Source: Octopus sinensis (lineage: Eukaryota). From it: 64,000 bases of DNA. The notes beneath the pieces were generated by a model. It saw only the letters and a program-made list of their open reading frames with translations, had not been told where the DNA came from and searched no databases. The stretch covers positions 5,890,001 through 5,954,000 of the forward strand of contig NC_043020.1 in the NCBI RefSeq assembly GCF_006345805.1, given 5' to 3'. Below, piece after piece: positions 50,746 through 64,000 of this stretch. Numbering within the stretch: the first letter of the stretch is position 1; each line of letters begins with the position of its first letter. A program made the position numbers and the translations under genes.

Positions 50746-51674
50746 TCTTCCCCAAATGTCCCTCTCCCCACTACTCAGTATTGTGGGAGTAAAGTAAGAA
50801 AAAGCAGGAATTGCGTGGGTGTGATGAGGGTGGTGAGTGGGGGGGGAGCAGGCTTGTCAGTGTTTTTATTTTGACTCATTCTATTGTCATTATCATCATC
50901 ATCATCATCATCTCCCTACTACTGTCACCATTGCTGCCACCACCACCACCATCATCACCATCCCACTATTGACGCCACCATCAGCACCATCATCATCAAC
51001 ACCACTACCATAACCACCACCGTCACCACCTTCTACGCCACCATCAGTACCACTATCATCATTACCATCCCCCTCACCAACACCACCATCACCATCACCA
51101 TTGTTGTTATCACCACTGTCTACATCTACACCATCATCATAATCAATACCACCACCATCACCATCAACGCTACCACCATCATCACCACCGCTAGTACTAC
51201 CACCACCATCGATACCATTATCCGCGTTATCATCATCTTTGCTGTTCGTCTCTTCTGGGGGTCAACAAAAAAGAAATAATAAATAACATTTATAAAGTAC
51301 CACCAATCCAGAGAAATAAATTAGTTAAATCGTTAGCGTTCAACGATGTCAGTACCTCATAATATCCTGTTCCAGCTCTTTATATTCCATACTCTATCAT
51401 ACAACGCAATAATTTAACCATTGCAGTCTAATTATGCTGTTGTGCCACAATCAAACAGCAGAGATATATTGCTATCGCGTGACTACGTGACTCATATATT
51501 ATATCATAACACAAACCCCATGTGCCGAAATTGCAACCCCAGCTGTGGGACCACCACTATGCAAGTCCTTTATGTTGCCTTCATTTAGACCAACTGTTTC
51601 ACCATTAAATAACTCAGTCGTTGTGCCAGTTGTGACCCTACTATGTTACCCAGTTGCATCTCGATTATGTAACC

Positions 51675-51914
51675 CCTTTATTATTTCTTTATTGCCCACA
51701 AGGGGCTAAACATAGAGGGGACAAACAAGGACAGACAAACGGATTAAGACGATTATATCGACCCCAGTGCGTAACTGGTACTTAATTTATCAACCCCGAA
51801 AGGATGAAAAGCAAAGTCAACCTCGGTGGAATTTGAACTCAGAACTTAACGGCAGACGAAATACGGCTACGCATTTCGCCCGACGTTCTAACGATTCTAC
51901 CAGCTCGCCGCCTT
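51675..51914 (-). mobile_element. SINE family 2, full length, 10-bp TSD
   Basis: TSD TTATGTAACC at 51665-51674 and 51915-51924. Confidence 0.85.
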
Positions 51915-52797
51915 TTATGTAACCACTGTATGTCCCCACTAGGTAACCCAGTTGTGTCCCTGCTACTTAACTTAGTTAGGTCCCTGCTGTATAACAATTG
52001 TATCCCTGCTACAAAACCCAGTTGCCTCCCCATTATATAAGCTAGTTATGTCCCTACATCATTTTATTAAATGTTGTAAGTATTACAACCGATTTAAGAT
52101 GCTGAGTACATCAGACAATTATAGAGGTTTGCCATTAATACAAAAATTTTCAAATCAAGTGGCAACATTATAGAGAAGGTAGATATAGAGACAAAAATGA
52201 GGATTTAAATTTTAAGAACATATGAGGTTGTGGAGTCCAGGCATAAACACACATATATACACACATACATACATGCTCTCACACACGTATTTATATATTT
52301 TCACAATTCATGCTGTAGTGGCACCCTAGTAATTATTGTATTTTTGCCTTACTTGTTGCCAAGTTTTGCTTTGGGCCCTGAACTCCAGCTACAATCATAA
52401 GGGATCATTGTAACATACAGTGCACCCTGGAAATTTTAAAACTTAAGAGAGCTCATCATTCTCAAGGTCTGGCCACATCAAGTTCCTTATCAAGAGAGAA
52501 GGAAAGAACCAACCACTGCACTGTACTAGACTAGTTAGTTCTACACATACCATGAGGTACTTAAGGCCACAACACAATCTGTTTTCTACCATTGTCCTGG
52601 TATCATTCCTGCTCCTCCACCACTCTCATCTCCTTTCCTTGTCAATGGTCCTTCATAATATGGTTTCCGGGTGCCCTGCTCCTCTTTTCCCCTCGGGTTG
52701 CCATTTTAGTGCCATCATACAGTCACTTTCTCGATCTCAACTGAGGACTTGTCTGATCCACTCCCAGCATCTGTGTGCAGACTGGTAATATATTTAT

Positions 52798-53031
52798 TAC
52801 CAAAAGTGGCAAGCTGGCAGAAACGTTAGCACGCCGGATGAAATGCGTAGCCGTATTTCGTCTGCCGTTACGTTCTGAGTTCAAATTCCGCCGAGGTCGA
52901 CTTTCCCTTTCATCCTTTCGGGGTCGATTAAATAAGTACCAGTTACGCACTGGGGTCGATATAATTGACTTAATCCGTTTGTCCTTGTTCGTCCCTTCAG
53001 TGTTTAGCCCCTTGAGGGTAGTAAAGAAATA
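52798..53031 (+). mobile_element. SINE family 2, full length, 19-bp TSD
   Basis: TSD AGACTGGTAATATATTTAT at 52779-52797 and 53032-53050. Confidence 0.85.
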
Positions 53032-54430
53032 AGACTGGTAATATATTTATCGACCCCCGAAATAATAAAAAACAAAGTTGACCTCACCTTGATTTGAACT
53101 CAGGCCTCAAATAGCTGCAATGGACACCGCAAAGCATTTTATCTGATGCCCTAATGACTCTGAATTTATTCCAAAGCACAGTTTTATTTACCTGATAACA
53201 AATATTTAACTTAGTTTCTTGTCAGAGAATATTTTAGATTAAAAAAAAAAAAGGTGCTTTTGATAATCTTAGATATCACCTTTCGTTTCTCCCCCACCCC
53301 AACTCTTTCTCACATTTTCATTTTCTATTGATGTAGGGAGACAGAGGTGGGGTGCGGAGAAGAAAGTGGGTTGAGTTTCGATATGAAAACGAGCAAAATT
53401 TAAATGCATGTTATTGTGCTGTGAAGAGAAAGTAATGTGACTAACACTTCAGATATATCTCCTTCATTTACAATGCGTAACATTATATTATTATGTTATG
53501 TTAAAAGGACAGTGAGCTAACCTTAATGCTTAGCGGTATCTCGTTTGCGCTACATTCAGATTCCGCCGAGGTTGACTTTGCCTTTCGTCTTTTTAGGGTC
53601 GATAGATTAAATACCTGTCAAGTACTGGGGTCGATGTGACCGACTAGCTCCCTCCCTTCAAATTTCAGGCCCTGTGCCTGTAATAAAAAGGATTATATTA
53701 TTGTATGTGAAGGCATGTGGCCTAGTGGTTAGGTGTGTTGTACACACGATCATGAGAACATGGTTTCAATTCCCGAACCAGCTGTGTAATGTGTTCTTGA
53801 GCAATACACACTTCATTTCACGTTGCTCCAATCCACTCACCGGTAAATAGCTAACCCTGCAATGGATAACATCTCCCCTGATCAGGGGAGATGTTGGTCT
53901 GCTTGCCTAGCCAGCAGGGTGACGTCATTTGAAAGCTAAAACAATGCAAAGCGCATTGTGATGAGTGATGTATAACAACATCTGAGTCTGGTCGATCACA
54001 TGATCACCGCATGATGTTATATTATAAAGCTGCAAGTAGGCAGAATCATTTTCATGCCAGACAAAATGCTTAGCAGCATTTCACCTGCCTTTTCATTAGG
54101 GGTCCAAATTCTGCTGAGGTTGACCTTGTCTTTCATCCTTCAGGGGTTGATGAAAGAAGCACTACTTGAGCACTGGGGGGGGTCGATGTAATCAACTATC
54201 CTTCTCCCCCAAAATTTCAGGCCTTGTGTCTATAGTAAAAACGATTATTACTGCTGCCTTATTATTATTATTATTATTATTTTTATTATTTTCAAATTCC
54301 ATCAAGGTCGACTTTGCCTTTCATCCTTTCGGGGGTCAATTAAATAAATACCAGTTACACACTGGGGTCAGTGTAATCGACTTAATCCCGTCCCCCAAAT
54401 TTGAAGCCTTGTGCTTCCAGTAGAAAGGAT

Positions 54431-55480
54431 TATTACCACTGCCTTAGCGAAGGCAGAGGTATTGTTTTTAGTTGTGTTTGTTTGTTTGTTTGCAATGGAC
54501 ACGATATCTCAAGAACTGCCAGATGGATTTGGATGAAACTTTCAGGGATGTTTGGCTTCATGACTAGCACAAACTGATTAGTTTTTGGGATCAATCCGGT
54601 GCTGGACAAGTATTCTGAATTATTTGTTATATTTAATTTACTTTACATGAAGTATTACGATCTTACGTTCACTTTCAAGTAGTTCTCTGATTATCTCCCT
54701 TGAAAGCATGCTCATGGTTTCCATGTAAGTTATGGCAACATTGCTGCTTCCAAAGTTTTATTTTCATTTCTCTATTATTAATTTTACTCACGTCTCTATC
54801 TCAGTAGAAACTGATGGATGAAGAAATTAAACTACATAAAACGGCAGCAAAACTGTTCAGAAATTAAATAACATTAGCATATCCAGTAACAATAATGAAT
54901 CTAATTTATCTTCAACAGTTTTTAGTTTTACCAATTTTGAATATATGGCTGCTGTTTAAAACCTCTTACCTATTTGACAATTGCATTTCTAGCTCTGCCT
55001 TGAAGGACTCACATTTATGTGCACGACAATGTTGTTAAACCTCCGTTAACAGCACTACTTGCAGGTCCTTTCTGTTTTCTTTCACACACCCATAAATTTT
55101 TCACTATAGACCTTAATGGTTTTAAGACACTATATCAGTGGATAGACTAAAAAAAGGGCCTTCATAGAGAAAACTGTCCCTGTTCCCACTGCAGATGAAA
55201 CACACACAGCATTACAAACACAACTTGTACACCCACCTTCACATTCCATGACTACCATTGAGATCAATCAGGTACTGGACAGGGATTCTGGATTAGTTTT
55301 CTGTTTTTTTTGACTAAATTTTTGAGAGAGTGGTTGGTTTCATTTTTAGTATTCCCGTTTGTGAGAGCAGATGAGTTTATTTCAGATATTCTCGTTTTAC
55401 AAATCATCTCTGGCTAATCGTTGAGAGGACATTAGTGTCGCCTTAGCAGAGATTTGCGCTCTCTGACTGCTATGGTTGTT
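54431..55480 (+). mobile_element. DINE-1/HINE-like (Helentron-type) non-autonomous element with internal insert
   Basis: 5' hairpin CTGCCTT-AGCG-AAGGCAG (54439-54456), (GTTT)n microsatellite, conserved-looking core, 3' CGCCTTAGCAGAGATTTGCGCTCTCTG hairpin; family assignment is inferred from architecture only. Confidence 0.45.
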
Positions 55481-55700
55481 AATAATAATAATAATAATAA
55501 TAGTAATAAGTAGTAAAGGTGCATGGCTTACAGAGCTTAGAAAAACTGAAGGACCACTGTAATGAGTGAGTGAACCCGAGAGGGGGAATATGTTGGATAA
55601 AATCCTAATTAACTGATCCTCCTGGATTTTCTTTTACCCAAAACCAGGAACTTTTCAGCACACTCTTGTGTGTATGTATATTTGTTTGTGTGTAGGTATG

Positions 55701-55771
<71 letters not shown>

Positions 55772-56171
55772 TCCTTCTCTGTTTGAAGACACAAGCACAC
55801 AGAGGCAAAGTGGCCAAGTTCCTTTCGAGTGTTGGGCCTCACGGAGGCAATGACCAAGACCCTTTGGCATTATGTTGAGCTCGAGAAGAAGACCCACCAA
55901 GCCGAGCTAAATCGCATTCATGCCAGATACCAGTGAACCGGAAAAAGGCACCCATGCTGGTGGCATGTTAACGCACCTTGGTGTCACACAAATGGCACCC
56001 ATGCCGGTGGCACCTAAAAGTACCCATTACACTCTCAGAGTGGTTAGTGTTTGGAAGGTCATCCATCCGTAGAAAACCATGCCAAATTAGACTGGAGTCT
56101 GGTGCAATGTACCAGCCCGGTCAAACTGTCCATCCCTTGCAAGCATGGACAATAGACATTAAATGATGATG

Positions 56172-56233
<62 letters not shown>

Positions 56234-56627
56234 ACAGCTTCTTTGAGTTTCCGTCTACCAAATCTACTCACGTGGCCTTGGGCTATAGTAGATGTTTGTC
56301 CAAGTACCATGCAGTGGGACTGAACCCCAAGTCACATAGTTGCAAATCTCTCTCACTAGTGCTTCTTGAATAATTAAGAGTCACATCTCATGACACAGAT
56401 GCTTCAAGAAACTTAGAAAAGGAAGGTTACTCTATAATCTTTCTTGCAAGGGAATTCATTCAACTATTTAGCTATGTAGACCACTACAAATGTATCCCCC
56501 CGTGTTTCCCACTTACAGTCTTGCGATATTACAGGACATTGATGGGGCTGTTGTACCTTGCTTTGAAAAACGGTTGGCTGGAGCAAGGAGGGAACTTCTT
56601 TATTATTTCTTTTTTCCAAAGAGTTAC

Positions 56628-56852
56628 CAACTAGCTGGCAGAAACGTTAGCACGGTGGGCGAAATGCGTAGCCGTATTTCGTCCGTCGTTATGTTCTGAG
56701 TTTAAATTGCGCCGAGGTCGACTTTGCCTTTCATCCTTTCGGGGTCGATAAAATAAGTACCAGTTACACACTGGGGTCGATGTAATTGACAATCCCTTTG
56801 TCTGTCCTTGTTTGTCCCCCCTGTGTTTAGCCCCTTGTGGGTAGTAAAGAAA
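56628..56852 (+). mobile_element. SINE family 2, near full length
   Basis: AGCTGGCAGAAACGTTAGC...AGCCCCTTGTGGGTAGTAAAGAAAT. Confidence 0.8.
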
Positions 56853-57074
56853 TATATATACTGGAAGAATGCACTGAGGTGTTTAATGTTGATGGAGGGT
56901 AAGCATAATTTGGGAGTACAGAGGCTGATGTGACGGTGGTAGTGATGAAGGGGAGAGAGAGAAAGACAGACAGACAGATGAAAAGGTGAAACAAATAAAA
57001 AAGGGTTACTCAATCGTTACCAATAGCAACCACACTGTTAGTACACGTGAGCTGCTTATAATCTCCATCACAAA

Positions 57075-57493
57075 TCTATTTCTTTACTGCCCACAAGGGG
57101 CTACACACAGAGGGGACAAACAAGGACAGACAAATGGATTAAGTCGATTATATCGACCCCAGTGCGTAACTGGTACTTAATTTATTGACCCCGAAAGGAT
57201 GATAGGCAAAGTCGACCTCGACGGAATTTGAACTCAGAACATAAAGACAGACAAAATACCTATTTCTTTACTGCCCACAAGGGGCTACACACAGCGGGGA
57301 CAAACAAGGACAGATAAACGGATTAAGTCGATTACATCGACACCAGGTCATAACTGGTACTTATTTAATCGATCCCGAAAGGATGAAAGGCAAAGTCGAC
57401 CTCGGCGGAATTTGAACTCAGAACGTAACGGCAGACGAAATACAGCCACGCATTTCGCCCGGCGTGCTAACAATTCTGCCAGCTCGCCGCCTT
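57075..57493 (-). mobile_element. SINE family 2 tandem dimer inside a single TSD
   Basis: TSD ATCTCCATCACAAA at 57061-57074 and 57494-57507; full unit followed by a headless second unit. Confidence 0.8.
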
Positions 57494-58387
57494 ATCTCCA
57501 TCACAAACCTATTCGATCCCTTCGTCTCCCTTGCGTCTGCTTCTCGTTCTTCCATATTATATTTCACCTCCCAGTCATTCTTCCCCCCTGAACTGTATCC
57601 CTCTGGTATTTCCTCCCCAGGGGGTTTTCCCCTACTTGAATCAACATATTAATTTACAAACTGGATATCAATTACAAAGTGCATCAATCTTTGCTGATTC
57701 AGGAGAAAATGTTTGCAAAGGTCACATGTACTGTCCCCTCTCCCACCCTTCTCTATCATCTTATAACAAAATCGAACCCCACCCCACCGTTGTCAGCAAA
57801 AAGAGTAACACTGTCCCCTAGTTTCCTCGTAACCTATAAAGCTGACAGAAATATGTGTGACCCTAATAATAAATTCTTTAGTTTGACAAATTTTATTTTT
57901 CCTGTGTAAAATATGTTCTTCCTTCATGGAAAGACTAAAAAGTTTCATAACAGTTTCACCTCTGTCTGTCTATCTGTCTGTCTGTCTCTCTGTGGCTATC
58001 TGTCCATCCGTTCCTTCCTTCCTTCCTTTTCTTGTTTTTCTCTTATCCCTGTATTTACTTTATGCATGTTTGCATGTGTGTGCATTGTGTACATACATAC
58101 ATTCATAGATATGTATGTATGTGTGTCTATAAGCATACTTTATATATACATACTACATACATACATACATATATATATATATACGATGGGCTTCTTTCAG
58201 TTTCCGTCTACCAAATCCACTCACAAGGCATTGGTCGGCCCGGGGCTATAGCAGAAGACACTTGCCCAAGATGCCACGCAGTTGGACTGAACCCGGAACC
58301 ATGTGGTTGGTTAGCAAGCTACTTACCACACAACCATTCCTGCGCCTATATATATATTTAATGTGCTAATATATATATATATATATC

Positions 58388-58426
<39 letters not shown>

Positions 58427-58616
58427 ATGTATGTCTCTGAGTGTGTGTGTGTGTGTGTCAATGTGGAGGCACGCCTACACACGTGCAAGCATGTGCATGA
58501 CTTGGGCAGGTCTTACACTTTCACCTCATCTGGTTGCAGTCTACCTTATCTAGTACATATAGTAACACTATCAATGTTGCTGCTGTGTTATGTCTCTCAC
58601 ACACACACATATATAC

Positions 58617-58651
<35 letters not shown>

Positions 58652-58840
58652 TCATGTGCCATCCAACCACTGTGGCAGGCTATGCTAATAAAAAATGTGG
58701 AGTTATTGTTTAAGTTATTAGAAGACATTCTTAGAATGCGGACCAGCATTTGTCAGTCATGCTCTATTTAATTTAAGTCTCTCTTTCTCTCACTGTCTAC
58801 ATACATGTTTGTATACACACACTTAACAGTACATAATATA

Positions 58841-58875
<35 letters not shown>

Positions 58876-58877
<2 letters not shown>

Positions 58878-59029
58878 AAGTTAATCCAAACAAGAAGCAC
58901 CAAAAAAAAAACACAACGCGAGGACGTGGAACAAATATATATTATTGGATGCTCAGGAAGAAGGGAGGTTTAAACGTTTCGAGTGGAGCTCTTCGTCGGA
59001 AACAGAGAAGGGAAGATCCAGAGAAGGGA

Positions 59030-59067
<38 letters not shown>

Positions 59068-59340
59068 TATAAAATACAAAATGGGAAAAAAACGCAAAAC
59101 ATTCAAACAGACGATACGAAAATGGATGGGTCATTGAAAGCCTCTAATCTTCAGTCAAGAACCAGATCATCCTTGCAATTTCGGCTGATTAATCTAGAGA
59201 TTGATCCGATCTGGCCAGCCCCAAGGAAAAACTAAGCTACGAGCATTAAATTTCTTGGAAAAAGGATTGAATGTATACGAAACAAGGACAGAAAAACGGA
59301 CGATGTTACACGAAAATAAATACAAAAAACAATAATAATA
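58876..59340 (-). mobile_element. Second copy of the PLE-like non-autonomous repeat
   Basis: First part matches 45169-45870; the part after the TA run (59070-59340) matches 17130-17400 (TCTTCAGTCAAGAACC.GATC...GCAATTTCGGCTGATTAATCT). Confidence 0.5.
58968..59003 (-). ncRNA. Variant/degenerate copy of the hammerhead motif
   Basis: Minus strand GUUU-CCGACGA-A-GAG(CUCCA)CUC-GAAA-CGU-UU-AAAC; core U4 is C and there is an extra U; same flanks as the 45.8-kb copy. Confidence 0.45.
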
Positions 59341-59430
59341 ATAATAACATATATATAATATATATATATATATATATCAAATGGATGTGTTACAAAACTA
59401 TTCTGCACATCCAATAACATATTCTATTTT

Positions 59431-59644
59431 TCTTTTACTTGTTTCAGTCATTTGACTGTGGCCATGCTGGAGCACTGCCTTTAGTCGAGCAAATCGACCC
59501 CCAGGATTTAGTCTTTTTTAAGCCTAGTACTTATTCTATCAGACTCTTTTTGCCAAACCGCTAATTTACAGGGACGTAAACAAACCAGCATCGATTGTCA
59601 AGCGATGTTGGCGGGGTGGGACAAACACAGACACACAAACATAT

Positions 59645-59676
<32 letters not shown>

Positions 59677-59838
59677 GATGGGCTTCTTTCAGTTTCTGTC
59701 TACCAAATCCCTTCACAAGGCTTTGGTCAGCCTAAGGCTATAGTAGAAGGCACTTGTCCAAGAGCTCCATGAAGTGGGACTGAACCCAGAACAACCATGT
59801 GGTTGGTAAGCAAGCTACGTACCACACAGCCACTCCTG
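59431..59838 (-). mobile_element. SINE family 1, full length
   Basis: Reverse-complement head, core and tail; partial copies also at 44964-45125, 46020-46262 and 58182-58346. Confidence 0.78.
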
Positions 59839-59982
59839 ATTTTTATATATATCAGAAAATGGAGAAAACCTCAGATTAACGAACAAAACAATTGGACCAT
59901 ATTTAAATATTTAAAGCTTATTATTCAATACAAAACATGATGTAACATTTATATGGCATGACTGTTCCGCAGTGTTCTACCT

Positions 59983-60029
<47 letters not shown>

Positions 60030-62260
60030 ATATATAGTGAGAGAGAGGAGATGTACTTGCATAGCGAGTGACTTGATCTGAGACCGTGTACTGGAACGAA
60101 ACAATTGCAGCGTGAAAGGTGTTTATAAGCCATTTAAAAAACACACAAAAGCCGTTCAACATTTAAATTTAATTTGTCAAAATATGTTTATATATATATA
60201 TATAATGTGTGTGTGTGTGTGTGTACAATATGAAACTGCCTCTACCCAGGTATAACAATTACAAATGCAAAAATATTTAATTGGCCTCTCTTTCACTCTC
60301 TCTCACCTGGCTTATGATTGTGAGGTTGTGAGTTCAAATCCCGGACCGGGCTTCATGTTGTGTTCTTGAGCAAGACACTTTATTTTTTTTTACGTTGCTC
60401 CAATTCACCCAGCTGTAGAAATGAGTTGCGCCATCACAGGTCCCAAGCTGTATCGCCCATTGCCTTTCCTTTGGATAACACTGGTGGCGTGGAGAGGGGA
60501 GGCCGGTATGCATGGGTGACTGCTGGTCTTCCATAAACTACCTTGCACAGACTTGTGACTGGGAAGGTAACTTTCTAGGTACAATCCCACAGTCATGACC
60601 GATGGGGGTCTCAATATATATACATATATATATACATATATATATATCATCATTGTTCAATATTCATCTTCCATGCATGAGTAGGATGGTTGACAGGAGC
60701 CAACCAGGTAGAAAAACTACCCTAGGTTACTGTCTGTTTTGGCAGGGGTTTTACAGCTGGATGCCCTTCCTAACACCAACCACTCTGTAGAGTGGACTCA
60801 GTGCTTTTTACGTGTCACCATCACTGACAGGGTCACCAAGTAACTCACAAGACAAAATATTTTGTGAGGGGCAAGAGAATTTGAGGAGGGGAACTTGTGT
60901 TAGAGGATAAAGGGTTACATTGTGCCAGCTCCGTCTGGCACCTGTGCGGGTGACACGTAAAAAGCACTCACTACATTCACGGAGTGGTTGGCGTTAGGAA
61001 GGGCATCCAGCCGTAGAAACACTGCCAGATCTGACTAGGCCTGATGAAGCCTTCTGGCTTCACAGACCCCAGTTGAACCGTCCAACCCATGCTAGCATGG
61101 AAAACGGATGCTAAACGATGATGATGATTGTGACAATGAGACAGAGAGGTAGAAACAGGTGTCTTGTTATAATGGAGTGGGGGGGCATTGGAGGAGGTAA
61201 TCCAGTATCAGATGATGAAAGGTTAGAGTGTCACAGAGAAATAGAGAGGAAGAAATAGGTGTCTTGCTGTAGAGGAGGTACATGGTTACCCAGAAAGAGA
61301 GATACATACAGATGTTATTGGGTGATGTGGTTGCAGAAACTGTCTGACAGCCATGGTTAGGTTCTCCTGCTTGTGTGGCATGGTGCAGAGTCCTTTTGCC
61401 AGACATAGGATCTTCCAGTAGCCACCTTCTTGACCCAGGGCAGCACTACCTCCTCCAGCCACTTTACTGGTTTCAGTCATTTGACTGTGGCCATGCTGGA
61501 GCACCACCTTGAAGGGTTTTTAGTTAAACAAATTGACCCCAGGAGTTGTTTTTTTCTAAGCCTGGTACTTATTCCTATTGGTTTCTTTTGTCAAACTGCT
61601 AAGTTACAGGGACCTAAATTCACCAACATCAGTTGTCAAGTGATGATGGGGGGACAAACACAGACATGAAGACACACATGCCCAAATACATATGGTTGGG
61701 AGATTCTGGGTTTGATTCCCAGACTAGGCATTGTATTGTGTTCTTGAGCAAAGCACTTCATTTCATGTTGCTCTGCGATCATTTCATCATCTGATATGTG
61801 ACACATGGTGCACCTGTACAGGTAATGTTGGTTTGATGAAGGGAGCAAGCTTATGCCTACACAAACATTTGATCACTATAAACAAATCATCCATGTGGTT
61901 GTTCGGTAAGAAATTATCGAACCCTCATACGATGTCTAACAACGGGAGAGTCCATCTCATATATAGGAGAGGCTTCTTTCGGTTTCCATCTACCAAAGCC
62001 ACTCACAAGGCTTGGTCAGCCTGAGGCTATAGTAGAAGAAACTCGGCCAAGGTGCCACACAGTGAGACTGAACCCAGGACCCTGTGGTTGAGATTTTGAG
62101 TTATTCTTGCATTCTCTTGTAGCTAAGAGACATTCATGATGTGATTGCTTATTTTTAGAATGACATTGTAGGACAGGTATGAAAGGCCTTTCTGGCCTGT
62201 TTTAACATAAATCTGGTAGAATATTGAGGCCAGATATGGCCGGTTTGAAGGCTAAAGGGT

Positions 62261-62440
62261 TCTCTTTTACTTGTTTCAGTCATTTGACTGCGGCCATGCT
62301 GGAGCACTGCCTTTAGTCGAGCAAATTAACCCCGGGACTTATTCTATCGGTCTCTTTTGCCAAACCGCTAAGTGACGGGGACATAAACACACCAGCATCG
62401 GTTGCCAAGCAATGCTAGGGGGACAAATACAGACACACAA

Positions 62441-62481
<41 letters not shown>

Positions 62482-62654
62482 TACATATATACGACGGGCT
62501 TCTTTCAGTTTCCGTCTACCAAATCCACTCACAAGGCATTGGTCGGCCCGAGGCTATAGTAGAAGACACTTGCCCAAGGTGCCATGCAGTGGGACTGATC
62601 CCAGAACCATGTGGTTGGTAAGCAAGCTTCTTACCACACAGCCACTCCTGCGCC
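62261..62654 (-). mobile_element. SINE family 1, near full length
   Basis: Reverse-complement head, core and tail. Confidence 0.8.
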
Positions 62655-63485
62655 TCCAAGTATTTTTTCCAATACCCTGACAATCCTGCCTATGGTGTTG
62701 TAAATGTTACCCTTTCCTTGCAAAAAAATCCAACAAAAAAACAGTATGATCTTAGTTCATAATGTTGTCCTGGTGAGGCAGGGTCAGTTGTCAATGTTTT
62801 TTGATTGAAAGTTTGTGAGTGTTTGCTTGTGGTTGACCTCAGGCTAACCGAATATTGTGTGTGAACAGAAAATGGAACGTGTTTGTCAACTTTGATTTAT
62901 GGGTGAGCACAGCTGGCTTCTTTTTTTGTTTGTTTTGTCTTTGCACTTTGGAATGGAAACAATGTGAAAGAGAACAATAGCCAGGAAAGTGGCTTCTATG
63001 TGGTCACTTGAATTGCTAGAAATAGTAGTGACCCCCTCTCCTTCAAATTACATCGTGCCATCCTGAAAAGTGAAGGACTTGCATTTGGCTAGCATAGGTT
63101 TAGTCTTAGACATGAAATGTCTGAGAAAAGAACTGGATAATAATGACTGGGATGTTTTTGATTGTTGATCTGCCCAGATGGAGCTGACCTGAGGTTTGTC
63201 CAGGTTGATAATTTATTAACCCTTTTGATGCCAACCCACCTGAGGTTACCCCTGGTTCTAAGGTAGCAATTCCAGGTTTAAAAAATTTTTTTATTAAAAC
63301 CTTATATCAAAATTTCATATTAATTAATATTCCAAACACTAATTTAGTAAAAAGCGCCTCTGAGGTGCCACGTAAAAGCGCCTGTGCGACATCATGTGAA
63401 AGCGTCCATGCAGTGCCATGGTAAAAGTGCCCATGCAGGGTCATGTAAAAGTACCCATGTGATGCCACATAAAAGCACCCATATA

Positions 63486-63893
63486 GGCGCAGGAGTGGCT
63501 GTGTGGTAAGTAGCTTGTTTACCAACCACATGGTTCCGGGTTCAGTCCCACTGCGTGGCATCTTGGGCAAGTGTCTTCTGCTATAGCCCCGGGCCGACCA
63601 ATGCCTTGTGAGTGGATTTGGTAGACGGAAACTGAAAGAAGCCTGTCGTATATATGTATATATATATAAGTGTGTGTGTGTATATGTTTGTGTGTCTGTG
63701 TTTGTCCCGCTAGCATTGCTTGACAACTGATGCTGGTGTGTTTACGTCCCCGTTACTTAGCAGTTCGGCAAAAGAGACCGATAGAATAAGTACTGGGCTT
63801 ACAAAGAATAAGTCCCGGGGTCGATTTGCTCCTCGACTAAAGGCGGTGCTCCAGCATGGCTGCAGTCAAATGACTGAAACAAGTAAAAGAGAG
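63486..63893 (+). mobile_element. SINE family 1, full length, inserted in the ~22-bp repeat tract of a family 3 element
   Basis: Flanked by GTGCCAC.TAAAAG.ACCC-type units (63350-63480) and by the AGG..GGGCATCCAGC core downstream. Confidence 0.78.
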
Positions 63894-64000
63894 ATATGGG
63901 ACCATGTAAAAGTACCCGATACACTCTGTAAAGAGGTTGGCATTAGGAGGGGCATCCAGCTGTAATTACTACATTATTTTATTTATGTACATTTAGTGTT

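Overview
AT-rich, repeat-saturated eukaryotic genomic DNA. The SINE, MITE and microsatellite families look like those I recall from Octopus (cephalopod mollusc); this is an inference, no search was run. Two protein-coding genes are supported, both on the + strand. (1) The kinase-domain half of an IRAK4/Tube-like kinase: 8 GT-AG exons, join(5186..5317,6483..6579,8539..8650,10378..10487,11955..12144,14239..14301,16524..16679,19572..19607), 896 nt with all splice phases consistent. The death-domain exons were not found. (2) The first coding exon of a Rab43/Rab19-type GTPase (37129..37326), whose first intron runs past the window end. Almost everything else is tRNA-derived SINEs of about four families, LINE 3' remnants (CR1-like, RTE-like), TTAA/piggyBac-type MITEs, a Lep1-like Helitron, an 8-bp-TSD MITE, and micro/minisatellites; most ORFs in the track are artefacts of these repeats. 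Best leads: a complete minimal type-I hammerhead ribozyme of the Penelope-element kind (45818..45852, - strand); a multi-template inverted insertion at 31.2-35.3 kb; composite piggyBac MITE-spacer-MITE arrays at three loci; a 194-bp intronic palindrome; an NRF1-motif minisatellite; and non-canonical gatekeeper (Cys) and DFA residues in the kinase. Repeat boundaries are read by eye and are approximate unless TSDs or TIRs are quoted.
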